A DNA stretch of 64,000 bases from Camelus ferus (lineage: Eukaryota), in NCBI RefSeq assembly GCF_009834535.1, contig NC_045696.1, positions 89,528,001-89,592,000 on the forward strand, read 5' to 3'. The notes under the pieces are model-generated. The model did no database searches. It worked only from the letters and a program-made list of their open reading frames with translations, and was not told the DNA's origin. Positions 1 through 13,085 of this stretch are shown here, piece after piece (within the stretch, counting starts at the first letter, position 1; each line of letters opens with the position of its first letter). The position numbers and the translations under genes were made by a program.

Positions 1-340
1 AGGAATAAATTCAACAGTAAGTCATACCTTGTTGAGAATCACTGTTTTAGTAGCAGGGAAGTACCCTCCCTGAGGGAAATGTTAGCAATGTACCATTTCA
101 GAGCTGCTGAAATTCAAATGTTACGCAATCTCAGGTTCCTAAGGCACCTGAAAATTTAAAAAATGGTAGCTTTCTAAAAAAAAACCAATAAAATCAAGTT
201 TTTGAACATGGTATCATCACTTCTAGCCTTTGCAAAACATTCTTCTCTTGCCTATCAAAACCAGAGAGAAGGAAAGCTGTGGCTGACTCAGAGGTTTCTG
301 TGCGAGGAAAATGAGACGATTTGATTTTTTTTTTTCTTGC

Positions 341-868
341 TGTGGTAGGCAGAATAATAGCCTCTCCCAAATATGTCCATGTCCTAATCTACATTTCCTT
401 ATATGCCAAAGGGACCCCACAGATGTGACTAAGTTAAGATCTTGGGATGGAGAGGTTAGCCTAGATTATCCAGGTGGTCCCAATGTAATTACATGGTCCA
501 AAGCAGGTAAAGCTGGAGAATGAGATGTAATGACAAGCAGAGGCAGGAATGACATGGGGGCACGACCCAAGGAGGGCGGGCAGCCTCTAGAATCTGGAAA
601 AGGTAAGGAAACAGATTCTCCCCTAGAGCCTCCAGAAGGTATCGGCTCTGCCAACAAATTGATTTTTAGCCCCATAAGACCATTTCAGACTTCTGGCCTA
701 CAGAACTGTAAGACACTGTGTTGTTTTAAGCCACCAGGTTTATGGTAATTGATTTTAGCCCTATAAGACCATTTCAGACTTCTGGCCTCCAGAGCTGTAA
801 GATAATATGTTGTTTTAAGCCACCAGGTTTATGGTAATTTGTCATAGCAGCAGTAGGAAACTAAAACA
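341..868 (+). mobile_element. MaLR solo LTR, MLT1D-like, with an internal ~90-bp tandem duplication
   Basis: Starts TGTGGTAGGCAGAATAAT, contains GGAAACAGATTCTCCCCTAGAGCCTCCAGAAGG and ends GGAAACTAAAACA. Confidence 0.85.
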
Positions 869-957
869 TCGGCCCATATCCAATAAGCAATGACATGGCC
901 AACTCACACAATGGAAGAGAGAGAACCAAGCACACACTTTGGCTTAATCTTTTATCC

Positions 958-1157
958 CAGTGTTTTTCAACCCTGGTTGCATGTCAGAACCTCCTTTGAT
1001 AGATAGATGGATGGATGGATAGATAGACAGATAGATAGATAGACAGACCACACACACATTACACACATGCTAATGTTGGGGTCCCAGCTGAATCAGAATC
1101 TTAGGGTGGGGTTGGATCTGAATATATTGAAGGCTCTCAGGGATTATGATGCACAGG
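958..1157. mobile_element. MER5B-like hAT-Charlie element interrupted by a microsatellite
   Basis: CAGTGTTTTTCAACCCTGGTTGCATGTCAGAA...TGAATCAGAATCT...GATTATGATGCACAG resembles MER5B. Confidence 0.65.
998..1068. repeat. Compound (GATA/GATG/GACA)n plus (CA)n microsatellite
   Basis: Seen directly. Confidence 0.95.
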
Positions 1158-1829
1158 GACCTGCCCCTAAGAACCCTGCCCGTACCAACAAAAATAGGGT
1201 AGGAGATAGTTTGCATACGGCCCTTTTCATCCAAGGTAAATATATGCTATAAGCCATTTATAAACATTCTCATTAATTCTTATAAGACCACTGTGAATCG
1301 AGAAAATGGCAAACACAAAATTAAAACAAGCAGAAAGAATAAAATAGCTTGTCTATAGTTATGGGCAAATCTCCAACATGGTTAAAAATAGAATCCAAGT
1401 CCTTTCCAAAATTTCAATTCAGTGCTCTAGTCATGGGAACAGAACACATCTCCCTACCTAAGTCAACAACACATCTCCGTTCTGATGAACCAACTGTCAA
1501 CCCGTAAGTATGAAAACCAAAGGCTTAAAAAAATGGTTCAAGCAAACGAGTTACTTATTTTTAATTCTCTTATTAAAACCTGATAAATGAGAAGCCAGCC
1601 ACCTCAGACCCTTCTGGAGTTAGGAACAGGAGCTGTGTAAACCCCCAGCAAACTACTCATTTTGAAAGAAAACTTCCCTTCTAGGCCATTAACAACTAAA
1701 AGGCTGATTAATTGTGCAAACGAAACACAGACATCTAAGCAAAGTTTACTATTAAATTGAATAATATATAAAAAGCCTACCAAAACGATGAATGGTTATC
1801 AATAATAATAATGACAAAAACAACAACAT

Positions 1830-2035
1830 GGTACCATTTACGGGGCAGTTACTATGTCCCAGACACAATGTCGAGCGCTTTATCACATATAATCCTTAAC
1901 AATCCTGTGACACGAGTGTTCAGCCTCTTATCATAGATGAGGAAATCGAGCGTGACAGGGTGAGAAACCTGGGTGGTCCAGCTGGAACTCTAAGCAGAGT
2001 CTGTCCTAAGCCCAAAGCCACGCTCTCCCCACTGC
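1830..2035 (-). mobile_element. MIR SINE
   Basis: TTACTATGTCCCAGACAC...AATCCTTAACAATCCTGTGA...ATAGATGAGGAAATCGAG matches the reverse MIR core. Confidence 0.7.
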
Positions 2036-2727
2036 CCGCCTCCTCTGCCTCCTTGCCTTCAGGGCACAGCCTGGCATTTCACAAGCCCTTATAAAGGCTC
2101 CTTGAACCCAGCTGAATCTGATACAAAGAGGACACTATCCCTGGCCAACTCCATCATCTCTAGAAATGAACAGACAAAGGAACTGCAGCAAAAAGTGACG
2201 TCCATGGAATTCTAATCTTTCGGAGAAAAATGAGTCATTTTTTTCTAGACACAAGATAGACACACACAGAACAGTTATTCTGCGGACGTACTTTTACATC
2301 CAAATAAGAACAAGACTTAAAATCTCCAAAGTGAAATGAGAATATTACACAGCAGTCCATTCTCTGAGAAACTTAAATGTGATATTAAAAATGAGCTGAG
2401 ATTGTTTCCCTCATTGATATAAAAGTATTTCCTAAAAATGACTGGGGGGCATCGGTAGGATCACCTGAATGGAAGAACAGATCTTCTCCCTTGTCCCTTA
2501 TAAATAAGAGGTCCCTTTATCACTAACATTACCCTCACTTGAGATACTAAGTTTTTTTTTATAGAAATAAGTGAATAAAACTGAGAGTAAAGACCAACAT
2601 CGGAAGGAAGGGAAACAAAGAAAGCCACGGACGGACTTTGCTCTGTAACACTAAGGCTGAGCCTCAGCAAACCACATTTCTCAGGCACCTTCACCACTGG
2701 TTCCCTGATCCTGTCCATGGGAGGCAC

Positions 2728-3129
2728 TGGTGGGAGACTGGCTGGTGAGAGGCGGGAGGGCAGTGCTCCGTGAGGTCCATTCCCCCAGCAGCTGTGGAGA
2801 GCACCAACCTACCCTGGGGTGACACCTCTGTGATCTGACAGTGGCTGCCAGATGCCGCCCTCACCCCGGGACGCTCCCCATGCTCGGCTATGCCCCAACC
2901 ACAGGAGGCGCCTCCCAGGAAGCTGGTAATCCCATCTCTTCCCATTTGTTGCCTCAGTTCCAGGGGTGGTTGCTGCTTGTTCCAGTTACTAGTCTCTGGG
3001 TTACCACGGTGTCCGCTTTTTGCTCGTTCAGCCTTTCTTCACTTGCATAGCCAACTCCCTGTATTGAATCAGCTCCCTGAAATTCCTAGAATGGTTTCTG
3101 TTTGCTGACTGGACCCTGGACTGATGACA
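2728..3129 (+). mobile_element. ERVL-class solo LTR (LTR40/LTR33-like 3' end)
   Basis: Ends CCTAGAATGGTTTCTGTTTGCTGACTGGACCCTGGACTGATGACA, typical of ancient ERVL LTR termini. Confidence 0.55.
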
Positions 3130-4378
3130 ATGAGGTTGGAAGGTTAAGCGTGAGGATGCACCTGCCTCCGCCGTGTCGCTGAGACTCGTGTGGATCTACT
3201 TCTCATCTGCATCGAGGTCTGTGTACAACACCCCAGAAGCAGGTCCACGGCCACCCACACCCCTGTGCTGGCCCCATGTGCCAAGGCTGTTCATTCAACT
3301 GTCTTTCACAACAAGTTCAAGGCAGGCCAGGTGGGAGGGGTTATACAGACTTAGCCCACATTCTGATTTCTCAGAACCATTTTTAAGGGTCTATCTTTAT
3401 TCAAAAGGCCAAACTTTTCATGCTGAGGAAGGCAATTGCAGGATTCTAAAAAAAGAACACTAAAACAAACACTATAAACGTAACTTTTTTACAACACAAT
3501 CTGGTTCAAAGGTCTTTATTAAGAAAAGAATCCCGTTCTTAATGTAAAATCTAAAAATAGCACAATGGCAGCAGAAAGCCAAAATTGAGAGAAAAATGGC
3601 TTCTAAATGGACATGGAACGTTTTGAAAATATGAAACGTTTAAGTGTTTTTTCCGTCAAATCTCCTTAATGTGCAAAGACAGATGGAAATAGCCTTTGAA
3701 GGGGAGACTGTAAATTCATTCAAACTACAGCCAAGAAAGGAAACCTAACATGTAAAGGACACACATTAACAAACCCTAATGCTGCCCAAGTTCCTCTTTC
3801 ATAAAAACAGGGTATGTTACAGCTAATGAAAAGGTACTAGAAAAAACTAAATTTTTAATGATTCACTAAAAGTATTTCCAATCTCTGTGGACTTTGAGCC
3901 CCACTGCTGAGTAGAGTTTGCAATGTAGAGAGAAGCATTCTTTCAGACCAGTAGAAACAAGCAGTCTACTTAAAGCATCCATTCTCCAAACAATGGCTGT
4001 ATCTTATCCACGTACAAAGTCCGGGGAGAGAGGGCCTTGGCCAGGGGCCCTGAGAACATGACCGACCTGTGGTAGGGTGGTTGCGTAGACAGTCACTCAT
4101 CCCCATTCCCTGGCTCTGATTCTCTGGCTCCCCCTGATCATTGCTCAGCGTTCCATACAGCGGCCCTGAGGGAGATGACCCCTCTCAAGCTGACATGATT
4201 GCTCTGCTCAATGTGGTGACTTTAATTCTTATTATAAATCAGTCAATTTGCATTGGTGTTTCACATGTAATCTTAGTTTGTTTGGGTCCATCTGTGAGAA
4301 ATAAGACCACCTTTCTTACGACTACAAAATCAGGTTCTGAGCCACGAGGCTACAGGGCAGCCCTTGGACTACACAGAC

Positions 4379-4552
4379 CAGTGGTCCTCAGAGCGTGGTC
4401 CCTGCAGGAGGAGCAGCAGCACCCTGGGCTGACAGAGCTGCAAATTCTTGGGCCCAGTCGCAGACCTCCTGAACCAGGGGGACGGAGCCAGCATTCTGTT
4501 TTAACGAGCGCTGCAGGGGATTCTGATGCCTGTCTAAGTGTGAGAGCCATTA
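4379..4552. mobile_element. MER5A hAT-Charlie element
   Basis: CAGTGGTCCTCAGAGCGTGGTCCC...GCAAATTCTTGGGCCC...CTGTTTTAACGAGC...GATTCTGATGC...TGAGAGCCATT. Confidence 0.75.
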
Positions 4553-4592
4553 CACTGAATGCCCTAGTTATTTGGGGGTGGCGGTAGGGGAC

Positions 4593-5016
4593 TGATGGGT
4601 AGTTATATGTGTCAACTTGGCTTGGCCATGGTGCCCAGTTGTTTGGTCAAATGCCAGTCTAGATGTTGCTCTGAAGGTATTTGTTTTTAGATGTGACTAA
4701 GATTTAAATCCACAGACTTTGTGTAAAGCAGATTACCCTCCACAATGTGGGTCAGTCTCATCCAATCAACTAAAGGCCTTAAGAGTAGGAACTGAGCTCC
4801 CCTGATGAGGGAGGAACTCTGCCTCCAGACGGTCTTTGGACTCAAAGTTGAAGCATCAACTCCTGGTGGCCTGCCCTGTAGATTTCAGACTTACCAGCCT
4901 GGACAAGAGCCAATTCCTTAAAATAAATCTCTCTCTGTAGATAGACAGCTAGAGAGACAGACAGACAGAAACACATCCTGTGGGTTTTGTTTCTCCAGAG
5001 AACCCTGACTAATACA
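4593..5016 (+). mobile_element. MLT2-family (ERVL) solo LTR
   Basis: TATGTGTCAACTTGGCTTGGCCA...GCAGATTACCCTCCACAATGTGGG...AGCCAATTCCTTAAAATAAATCTCTCTCT...GAGAACCCTGACTAATACA. Confidence 0.85.
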
Positions 5017-8000
5017 GGGGGCTCACCAGTTTCATGCATGTGTTTACGTAAGGACTAGGGTGCTAGCTGTTTCCCCCAATACGCAGGCTCAGCGTCTAGC
5101 CTAGGCTCTCTCTGTGTGTTTGATAAATGCATGATCCGCGGTAAACTCCCTGAGAAAGGGAAGTGGATAATTTGGCCCTGAGAGGGGGCTCTTGGAAAAC
5201 AGTCAACACTGTTAGAGGACACTTCCACTAAGTTCCTGTGAGCAATAAAGCTCTCCTCGGGAATCTTCTAGAGTCTAGAGAGGAACCAGCAGGAAGTCAC
5301 ATCAAGGAATTGTGATTCGTGTTTCTGAGTTTAATTTCTTACCGGTGAAAGAGTGCTCAGCACTCGGCAGGCCACTCTTAAGATTCTGCTGTACCCACAG
5401 GCCCCGCTGCGTTAGCGCCGTGAGCACGGCCACTGCACCGTGCCATTTCTGTTATGCCCTGTATGGATTAGATTCTTATCAGTACATTGTTTTTCTCGAA
5501 AGAGTGAAATTGAAAACTTAGTCTCAAATAGTGCCTATTTTAGTGTCTGCCTTAACACGTTAATCTAAAAAAATCTTTAAAAATGTGCTTTCCTGAGTGA
5601 CACGGGAACAGCGCTCTGGGTCACGGGCTCTCCCCTCCACTTCCGCGGCAGACACTCAGCAGGGCGGCTAACTGAGAACAAAGGCAGGGCTTGGTCTCCA
5701 GGCTGAGGGGGCTGTTCTGTGCATGGGTCAAAAGTCATCTTCATTAGACTATTCTGAAACCTCAGGGATGGTAATTCTATGAAATCGGAAAAGGTAAACA
5801 TTCCTCGGCTAACCTTCTCCATTCCACCTACTGAAGCCCAAGTCAAATTCCACTGAAACCACACCAGAGTCTCCGTGCTGGCTGACAGGTTCAGGCTGAG
5901 CTGGGGGGAGCTGGTCCCAGTGCCCTAGGGGAGGCAACGGCTGGCAGAAAGGAGGACTTAGGTCTGACAGCTGCCTCTTCAACACAGCACTCAGTCCTTG
6001 GGTTGAATCTTGGAAAGCCCAGTTCGACCATGAAGGTGTTTTTTTGGAGGAGAAAAACAGTAAGAATTAGTCTGTTGGATTTGCTCCCCAGTCACCGTAA
6101 AAACACAGAATTTGAAGAAAGGGATTCATCATTTCGCTATGAATCCATTCAGCCTGAAACTCAGCAAGGGGCAGACTCTGGGGCAGGGCCCTCCACTGAT
6201 GGTCATTCAGCTTCCAAGGTCTGAACACACAGGCCTGAGCCTAGTGTGTGTGAACGTATGGGGGATGAGCAGGGACTGGAAAATTAGAGGAAGGTGCCCC
6301 AGCAAATTCTAGTGTTTAAAAGGCAACCCAAACCCACACCCACACCCACAGACAGGGTTGGAAGTTAGGCAGAGGCTCACAGCCTTCCTTCAGCCCAGGT
6401 GGGCATTCTTTTGAAACAAATTCCAGGTATTTGCAGCAGAGTTTAAAAGTCTTCTAATAAAAAGAATTAGTTCTATAATAAACCTTACTAACAGGAAAAA
6501 ATAGAATGAAAACTATTTTCTTTCAGAAACTAAGCAAAACATCTCATACCCCCTCCCCTGCCCACAGAGGGAGACAAACAGCTAATTGTGTTTTAAATGA
6601 TCAGACTGATTAAAACAACAATAAATAAAGAAAATACACATACCAGAAAACTATAGAAGACGTACTGAAATTTCCTAATCAAGTGAGTATCACAGAAATA
6701 CATCTGATGATTTCAACCAGTCTGTTTCGTATAAACCAAGTAATCATTGTCTGTGAAAGAATAAGTTGTTCCAGTGACAGACAGTTCTTTTGTTTCTGAA
6801 GCAGCAATGTTCAGTGGATACCTTGGATGTTTTGTTAAAACTTCTGACTAGCATGCCCTTTATTATTCAGATTGATTAGGAAAATCTATTCTTCTTTTGA
6901 CAGAGTTGGGTTGCTTTTTTGGGGATTACTTGTCTCAAATTACATCCTTCTATGGTGCACTCGGATTTGACACCTCGTGCATAACTCACGACTCGCTGCT
7001 CCCGGCTCCCCATCAGAAAACCGTGGCCCCGCGGGGATGGCTCTGTATTTACATTCAGCCTCACACATCAGCATTTACCAGCGTGAGGCCGAGGGCTGTC
7101 AACTCCTGGCTCTTAGTCAATATTTAATCACTGTGCAGTTATGTAGGGAGAAGGAAACATCCCATCTCCCAATAACATGCCTTTAATGTGAAAAAAAAAA
7201 AGCTTTCATTACATTTATGGAAGCCTGGTTACGCTTTTCAGAAAAGCTATCAAATTGAGAAGTTGCACAACTGTTCTGATATGGCATTTTAAGTGTACAG
7301 CCCCTGGAAGGTGTATAACCCAAATAATACATAATTGTGATTTTAAAAAAAAAGTATTACGGACCTCTGAGCTCACCCTAAAACCTTTTTTAATATTTTA
7401 ATGGATAAGGGTGTTCGGAGAATAAAAAAATGCAATACTCGTCTAGTTCATAACCTCTAGCCCTAGTTCAGGCTCTAGGTTATAAAGCAAAGTAGACATA
7501 CTAAGGAGCAAATGCAGGTTGTTTGTTCGACTTTTACTTAACATTAAAGCACTTGCAGTTTTGCTTTTGATAGAGATTTAGGGACAATTTTCTCAGACCC
7601 AGCACAATGCTATGAAGCCATTTACTTTTCCATTTAGTCTATAAGATAACTGAAAGTCCAGAAGCCATGGGCTACAGGAACACAGTGATGGAAACTAATG
7701 GGAGGTACCCACGTTACAGGGAATCCTTAGGCTCCAATCTGACAAAAACATTTTCTGTTTCTTGTGGAGCCACCGGGCCTGAGCTGGAGACGTTTTTACC
7801 ATTTAAATGAGATCGGCGGTGTTCCATAGGGAAGGCTCATGCATTACTTACAGTGTCAAGATGAAAGGGAAACTGCAGTGAAGGTGAATAAGTATTTAAA
7901 ATGCCTTAGCTCAAAGGCACACAGTTCTTCTCTTTCATTCCTTCTCCTAGCCAACGACCAGACGAACAGGTGTGGACTTGTTCAACTTGATGATATGTGG

Positions 8001-9949
8001 CAGGAAACATTTTCACTTCAAAGTGGCAAACCCCATTTGACATTCAACAGCTTTTCATTGTGGGTGGGTAGAAGAGAGGATTAAGCTTTACCTCAGCTCA
8101 GACAATTCATTGGTCCTGCTCTGACACAGTAATTACCCGTCAGCTCCTAACCAAGGCTCCAGATCCAATCATCTCAGGTCCGATGGGCAGGGGAGGGGAG
8201 GGGAGGAGCTTCTCTAACCTCCCTGGACCTGCCTGCAAAGCACTGTGGGGGTCTCTGAACGGAAGTCCCAGGACGAGGGCTCACATGGCTGGCATCAGAA
8301 TGCCTGCCCCCAGTCCTGTCAGCGTCTGGCATTTCAGCACCTCTGCCTCATCCTGGGTTAGTGTGTCTAAAGTACAAACAGCTTATTAGGGAAAAGGCTG
8401 GGACTTCTGTTCTTAACATATTCCCAGCCCAGCATCCAGGAGACCTGGGCAGAAAAACCCACAAATATGCCAACTCCTTTAAATCAAAATACTCAAGAAG
8501 TTCCTGGAGCATAAGAAGTTTAACATTAATTCACTATTGAATTCAAATAGCTTCTTCCCTCTTCTTTACCCAAAAGGCTCCATTCCCCACTGTACCCCAA
8601 TTCTCTGAATGGCAGTTCAAGCATTGTGTCTACTATGAAACACCCTGCAGAATAAAATTTTTAAAAATTTACTATAAGAAAATTCCAATGTGACTTTATT
8701 GTGAAAAAGACGGCTTTGAAGAGTGGTGGTGGAAAGTTCCAAAAATGAAGTACAGACCCAAATGCCTGGGATGTTTTTGCTAAGAAAGAGAGTGATTTTG
8801 TTCAGGTTCCTTCTGGCTGATTTCCACAAACCTTTCAAGCTCCCTCCTGCCCCACAGTCCTCCTGCTGGGGCAGCTCTGATCATCCCACTTTGCACCGGG
8901 CTCCCTCCTCTCCGGGTCTCCGTTCTGCTGTCCTCCACTAGCTGCCTCCTGGACCTCTCCTTCATAGCACTTACCCAGGATATTAAATAACTAACAAGGA
9001 AGCTGTTTAATGTCCACCTCCCTCACCAAAATAAATATGCCATTTGGGCAAGATCCCAGCTCTCTTGCCTCCTTACTGTCTAGCATAGTGCAGCTACTGA
9101 GTAAATAAATGGCTGGTAAGTAAGTACATGAAACGGCAAAATAAAAATAAAAATCCCAGAAGGCAGTGGGTTCAGCTGCAGCTTGAGCCCCTGTTTCATC
9201 CTGCCCAACCTGTCCCTCCTCCTAGTCCTTCAGGTGACAGTCTCTTTTATTAGACCTACTGGCACAGATGAAGCCACTGCTGAATGTGGTCCCAGGATTT
9301 CGGGGGTGGGGGGCTCTCTGAGTGCACTGCCCACCAGATGGTGGGGGCTCCCGAGGCCCACCCCATCCATTCAGGGTTGCCTGGACTCTCAGGGACTCAT
9401 CGTCCTGTTCTGCACAGAACACACTTTATGAGGAGCAGCTGGCTCAGGATTGGGTGTCAAGAGAGGAGGAATGCACCGTTTTCCCTCTGTGAGCCTCTGC
9501 TCTACCAGAGGATCATTACATCCCCTTTAAGCCAATATGCAGGGTGAGTTCTTGACTGAGCCTGAACAAACTGGATGGATTTGAGGATTAAAAGCAAGCA
9601 CAGCGGTGGTAGCAGGAACCTTCAAAACTGAGAAAAGAAACAAAAAGCCAAGCATTTATGTTCGTATGACTTTCTAATTATCAATTAATTAATTAAAGGA
9701 ACGTTTCTGTTGATGAAAAATTCTCAAATAGAAGCACGCGGGACTAAGTGGATATTACATATGAAGAGATTACAGATGCTCAGCTGTGGCCACAGCCATC
9801 AGCAAACATAAGCAGTTATTGTGCGATGAAAAGTCAGAGGGGCTACACTCCAAGTAGGTGGTGTGGTGGTTTCCCGCCGAAGCAGAGAGCACATGGCCCT
9901 TGGAGTCAGCAAGACCTGCACAGTCTCTGGTATCCCACCACACGCTGCA

Positions 9950-10320
9950 GCTGCCTCACCTAGAAAACAGGAGGAACAGCGTTCACGCCGCCCCATGGTG
10001 AGTATCTGGCAAAGAAACGAACAGCGGCCAGCTCAGTGCCTGCTCAGAACACTCTCAGTAAGAAACAGCTATTGTTTTTCTCATTGAAACAGGTCTAGTG
10101 CCTATCTCTCGGGCTCTGACAGCATCGGGGCCCCCTTCCGCAGCACCTGCCACACTCGTGTGCTGATGTGATTCACGTGAGTCTCCCCCACTGGACTGCA
10201 AGCTCCAGGAGGGCCAGAAGCCCCACGGCACAGCAGCTGCACGTTACTTGCGTGCATCTTCGTCTGCCATCCCTAACACGCAGCAGACGTGCAATATATA
10301 TTCACCGACTGAATAAAGCT
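9950..10320 (+). mobile_element. MIR fragment (~9950-10075) followed by an L2 3' fragment (~10130-10320)
   Basis: CTCACCTAGAAAACAGG...CAGTGCCTG...CTCAGTAAG; then CCCCACTGGACTGCAAGCTCCAGGAGGGC...GACTGAATAAA. Confidence 0.55.
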
Positions 10321-11215
10321 ATGAAGAAAGAATAATGACATACATTAAGGAAAGTCTTGGCAGACTTCACTTTGTGGACTTTTCACTTTGCTGAAAAGCT
10401 TCACACAAGCAATTTTAAAATATAGCTCTTGCTCCAAAATGAATTCAGAAAATGTATCCTTTCAAAGCTCCAAGACTCTCTATGCTTAGATGCCATAAAA
10501 GCACAATTTCTATAAAATAAGGGATGTTTAGAAGACAGTCTTTAATTCACATTAAAAACATGAGGTTTATACCATAATACTAGTTATTTTTATGCCCCTA
10601 ATCATAAGGGGGTTACTACTACTATTGTGGGCCAGGCCTGTCTGATTTCAGAGCCTGCTGATAACCACCTCCTTATGCAACATCTGAGCTGCATCAAGAG
10701 GACACGTCTGGACTGGCATCAGAGGGTGTCTTTCAGCTCAGTATTTGAATATGGGTTACACCACCACCAGCCATAGACTGAATCCCACTGTGGTCCAGTG
10801 AGCTTTGACCCTCTCCAAGGCCACAGATGCTGCCTTCAAATTCTGGCCAGTCACCCTATAAATTGGTACCAAGGGTCACAGGAACAGGGAAGCAGAAGGA
10901 GGATGTGAGGACAAGATGCCCGGGGCAGATGAGTCATGAGGTGTTGGTGCAGGATGCCAATGTGGCGTGTTCTGTTTATGACACCCTGAAAGTCTCTTTC
11001 ATCCTGTGTGGTTATTTCCTCACCTGTAAAATGAAGGGGACTGTGCCCAGCATGAGTCACCCTGCCCTGGGCCAGAAGAACTCTAAGGTCCATTCCACCT
11101 TTGATATCCAATGATTCTGTGAAAGACTCAAAGACACCTTAAAGACGTCTTCCTAGTGCTATTGGGCCCACAACTGTCATGTTTGAATCTGAGGCAGAAG
11201 TCAAGAGACTGCTGC

Positions 11216-11637
11216 TGTTATCAGTCAGGGTTCCCAATTTGAAAGCAATAAAACTAATGCTGACTGACTGAAGCCCACAGAATCAACTGGAGGCGGACGC
11301 TGAGGAACCAAGGGAGGCAGGGGAGGTTGGGAAGCAGAGGCCAGGGCCGTGGTCCCTTCGTGGGCAGGGCTCGGGAGAAGTCACCCCGCGAGGAGGCTCC
11401 CACTGCTGCTGAGGGCCTTGAGCAAGTGTGCTAGGCTCAGAGTCCCGGGGGAGCCCTTCCACCTGCAGCAGGGCCAAGGGAGGGGGAATCTGGGGCTGAG
11501 GCTCCCAGAGCATGAATCAGCCACTAGTGACGCCCTCCCCCCAAAATCACACACAGCAGGGAAGAGGTAAGCCCCTAAAAGGAATCTGGGTGCTATAAGG
11601 AAGGGTAACTGGTGCCGTGAACCCATGAATATCTACA
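11216..11637 (+). mobile_element. Ancient MaLR LTR (MLT1K/L-like)
   Basis: Starts TGTTATCAGTCAGGGTTC and ends GGAATCTGGGTGCTATAAGGAAGGG...ATCTACA. Confidence 0.55.
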
Positions 11638-12506
11638 GGAGGAAGACATGCAGAATATAGAGATGGGCGCTGCCCCGCTGTCCCGTCCCCACACAACAGC
11701 TAATGAGATTAAAGGGAGTACATACATTGGAGCAGCTAGTCAAAACATTTTGGTCTAGAAAATACATGGTTTTCAATCTGATTATATGGGTTTTGTTGAA
11801 AGAAACGTTCAGTTAGTAGTATCAAAATCCACAACACATTGAACGTGTCATTAGTAAAAGAATTCTGGGAAATCTGAACAAGGCTTAAGAGGAAATCACT
11901 GATCCTGTCAGCCAAGCCAGGCCACCCAAAGGCAGTGACTGAGAGCCGGGAAGCCCTCCTTATGAGAATTCCTCCCATTGCTGACAACACTGTGCCTGGA
12001 GCCCACAACCAGTTTAGTTTTGAAAATTCAGATTATTCAATCAGTCAGCGAATTTTGAACATTCTAACATGCCAACATCCCTTCCTTTTCCATTTTTACA
12101 AGAGTCTCACACCCCTTTCCTCACCATTTCTAGTCTGTGAGATCTCTCCAACTGCTCCTCCTGACCGCCCCCATTTCACAGCTTGAGTGGCCTGTGTCCC
12201 CCAGGTCATTTCCACCTCTCACCAGTCAACCGTAACTCACTCCCTCCTGCTGGAACTTCCACACCGCGCGCCCGCTCTCAGAGCCTTCGCAATTCCACCA
12301 GGCTCTTTAAAGAGGGAAACTCCCGAGCCAAAAAGCTGCTCCCTCACTAAAAAACAAGCAAACAAAAGAGCTGGATGTTGGCAAGCCAAGTAACATTCCA
12401 AAGGACAGTGACAACTTGTGGCTGGCCCCAGCCCCTATGAAAGCAGACACAACACAGCCCCCTCACTCCGCCTTCCTGCTTGGAGGGGCCACACACTCCT
12501 CAGGCC

Positions 12507-12540
<34 letters not shown>

Positions 12541-12576
12541 TGTGTGTGCCTGTGTGTGTGTGTCTGTGTGTGTGTG
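12507..12576. repeat. Interrupted (TG)n microsatellite
   Basis: Seen directly; ~33 TG units with TC/CC interruptions. Confidence 0.97.
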
Positions 12577-12889
12577 TTCACCTGCCTCCCCTGCCCCTTG
12601 ACCACATAACCCTTTCCCGCAGGCAGCTGCAGGTTCCTACATGGAGAGACTGGGGGAAGGCGGCCTCGCTGGAGGAGCTGGGGTACTCGTCCTCCAAATG
12701 CATTTATAAGGCAAACACACTAGCAGATTTTTTATTTGGGTTTCAAGTTCACTTGGGATGACTTTGGGGGGAAATGAGGGACAATATGGAGGACAAACTC
12801 TCTCCTGTCCCCTCAAGCCACAGCCAACAAGGATATGGTATTTATTACCTTTGTTGGGTAGTTTTAATACAATCTTCTTAATTTTAAAA

Positions 12890-13085
12890 GCTACTATAAA
12901 TCCAATTAAAGCCTGCAGTTTAGGTAACAATATTGTGCCAATGTTCGTTTCTTAGTTTTGACAAATGTACCGCAGCTATATAAGATGTTAACATCGGGGA
13001 AACTGGTAAAGGGTATTCAGAAACTTTCTGTACTATCTTTGTAACGTCTCCGTAAATCTGAAGTTATTCCACAATAAAAGGTGTT
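12890..13085 (+). mobile_element. L1M (L1MC-like) 3' end
   Basis: TTTCTTAGTTTTGACAAATGTACC...TAAGATGTTAACATCGGGGAAACTGG...CTGTACTATCTTTGTAAC...AATAAAA. Confidence 0.8.

Noticed and set aside
7450-7483. Imperfect inverted repeat ATAACCTCTAGCC…GGCTCTAGGTTAT
   Set aside because: An 11/13 stem with an 8-nt loop is too short for a pre-miRNA, and plausible by chance.
12416-12761. ORFs with CVCVCV runs
   Set aside because: Translation of the (TG)n microsatellite.
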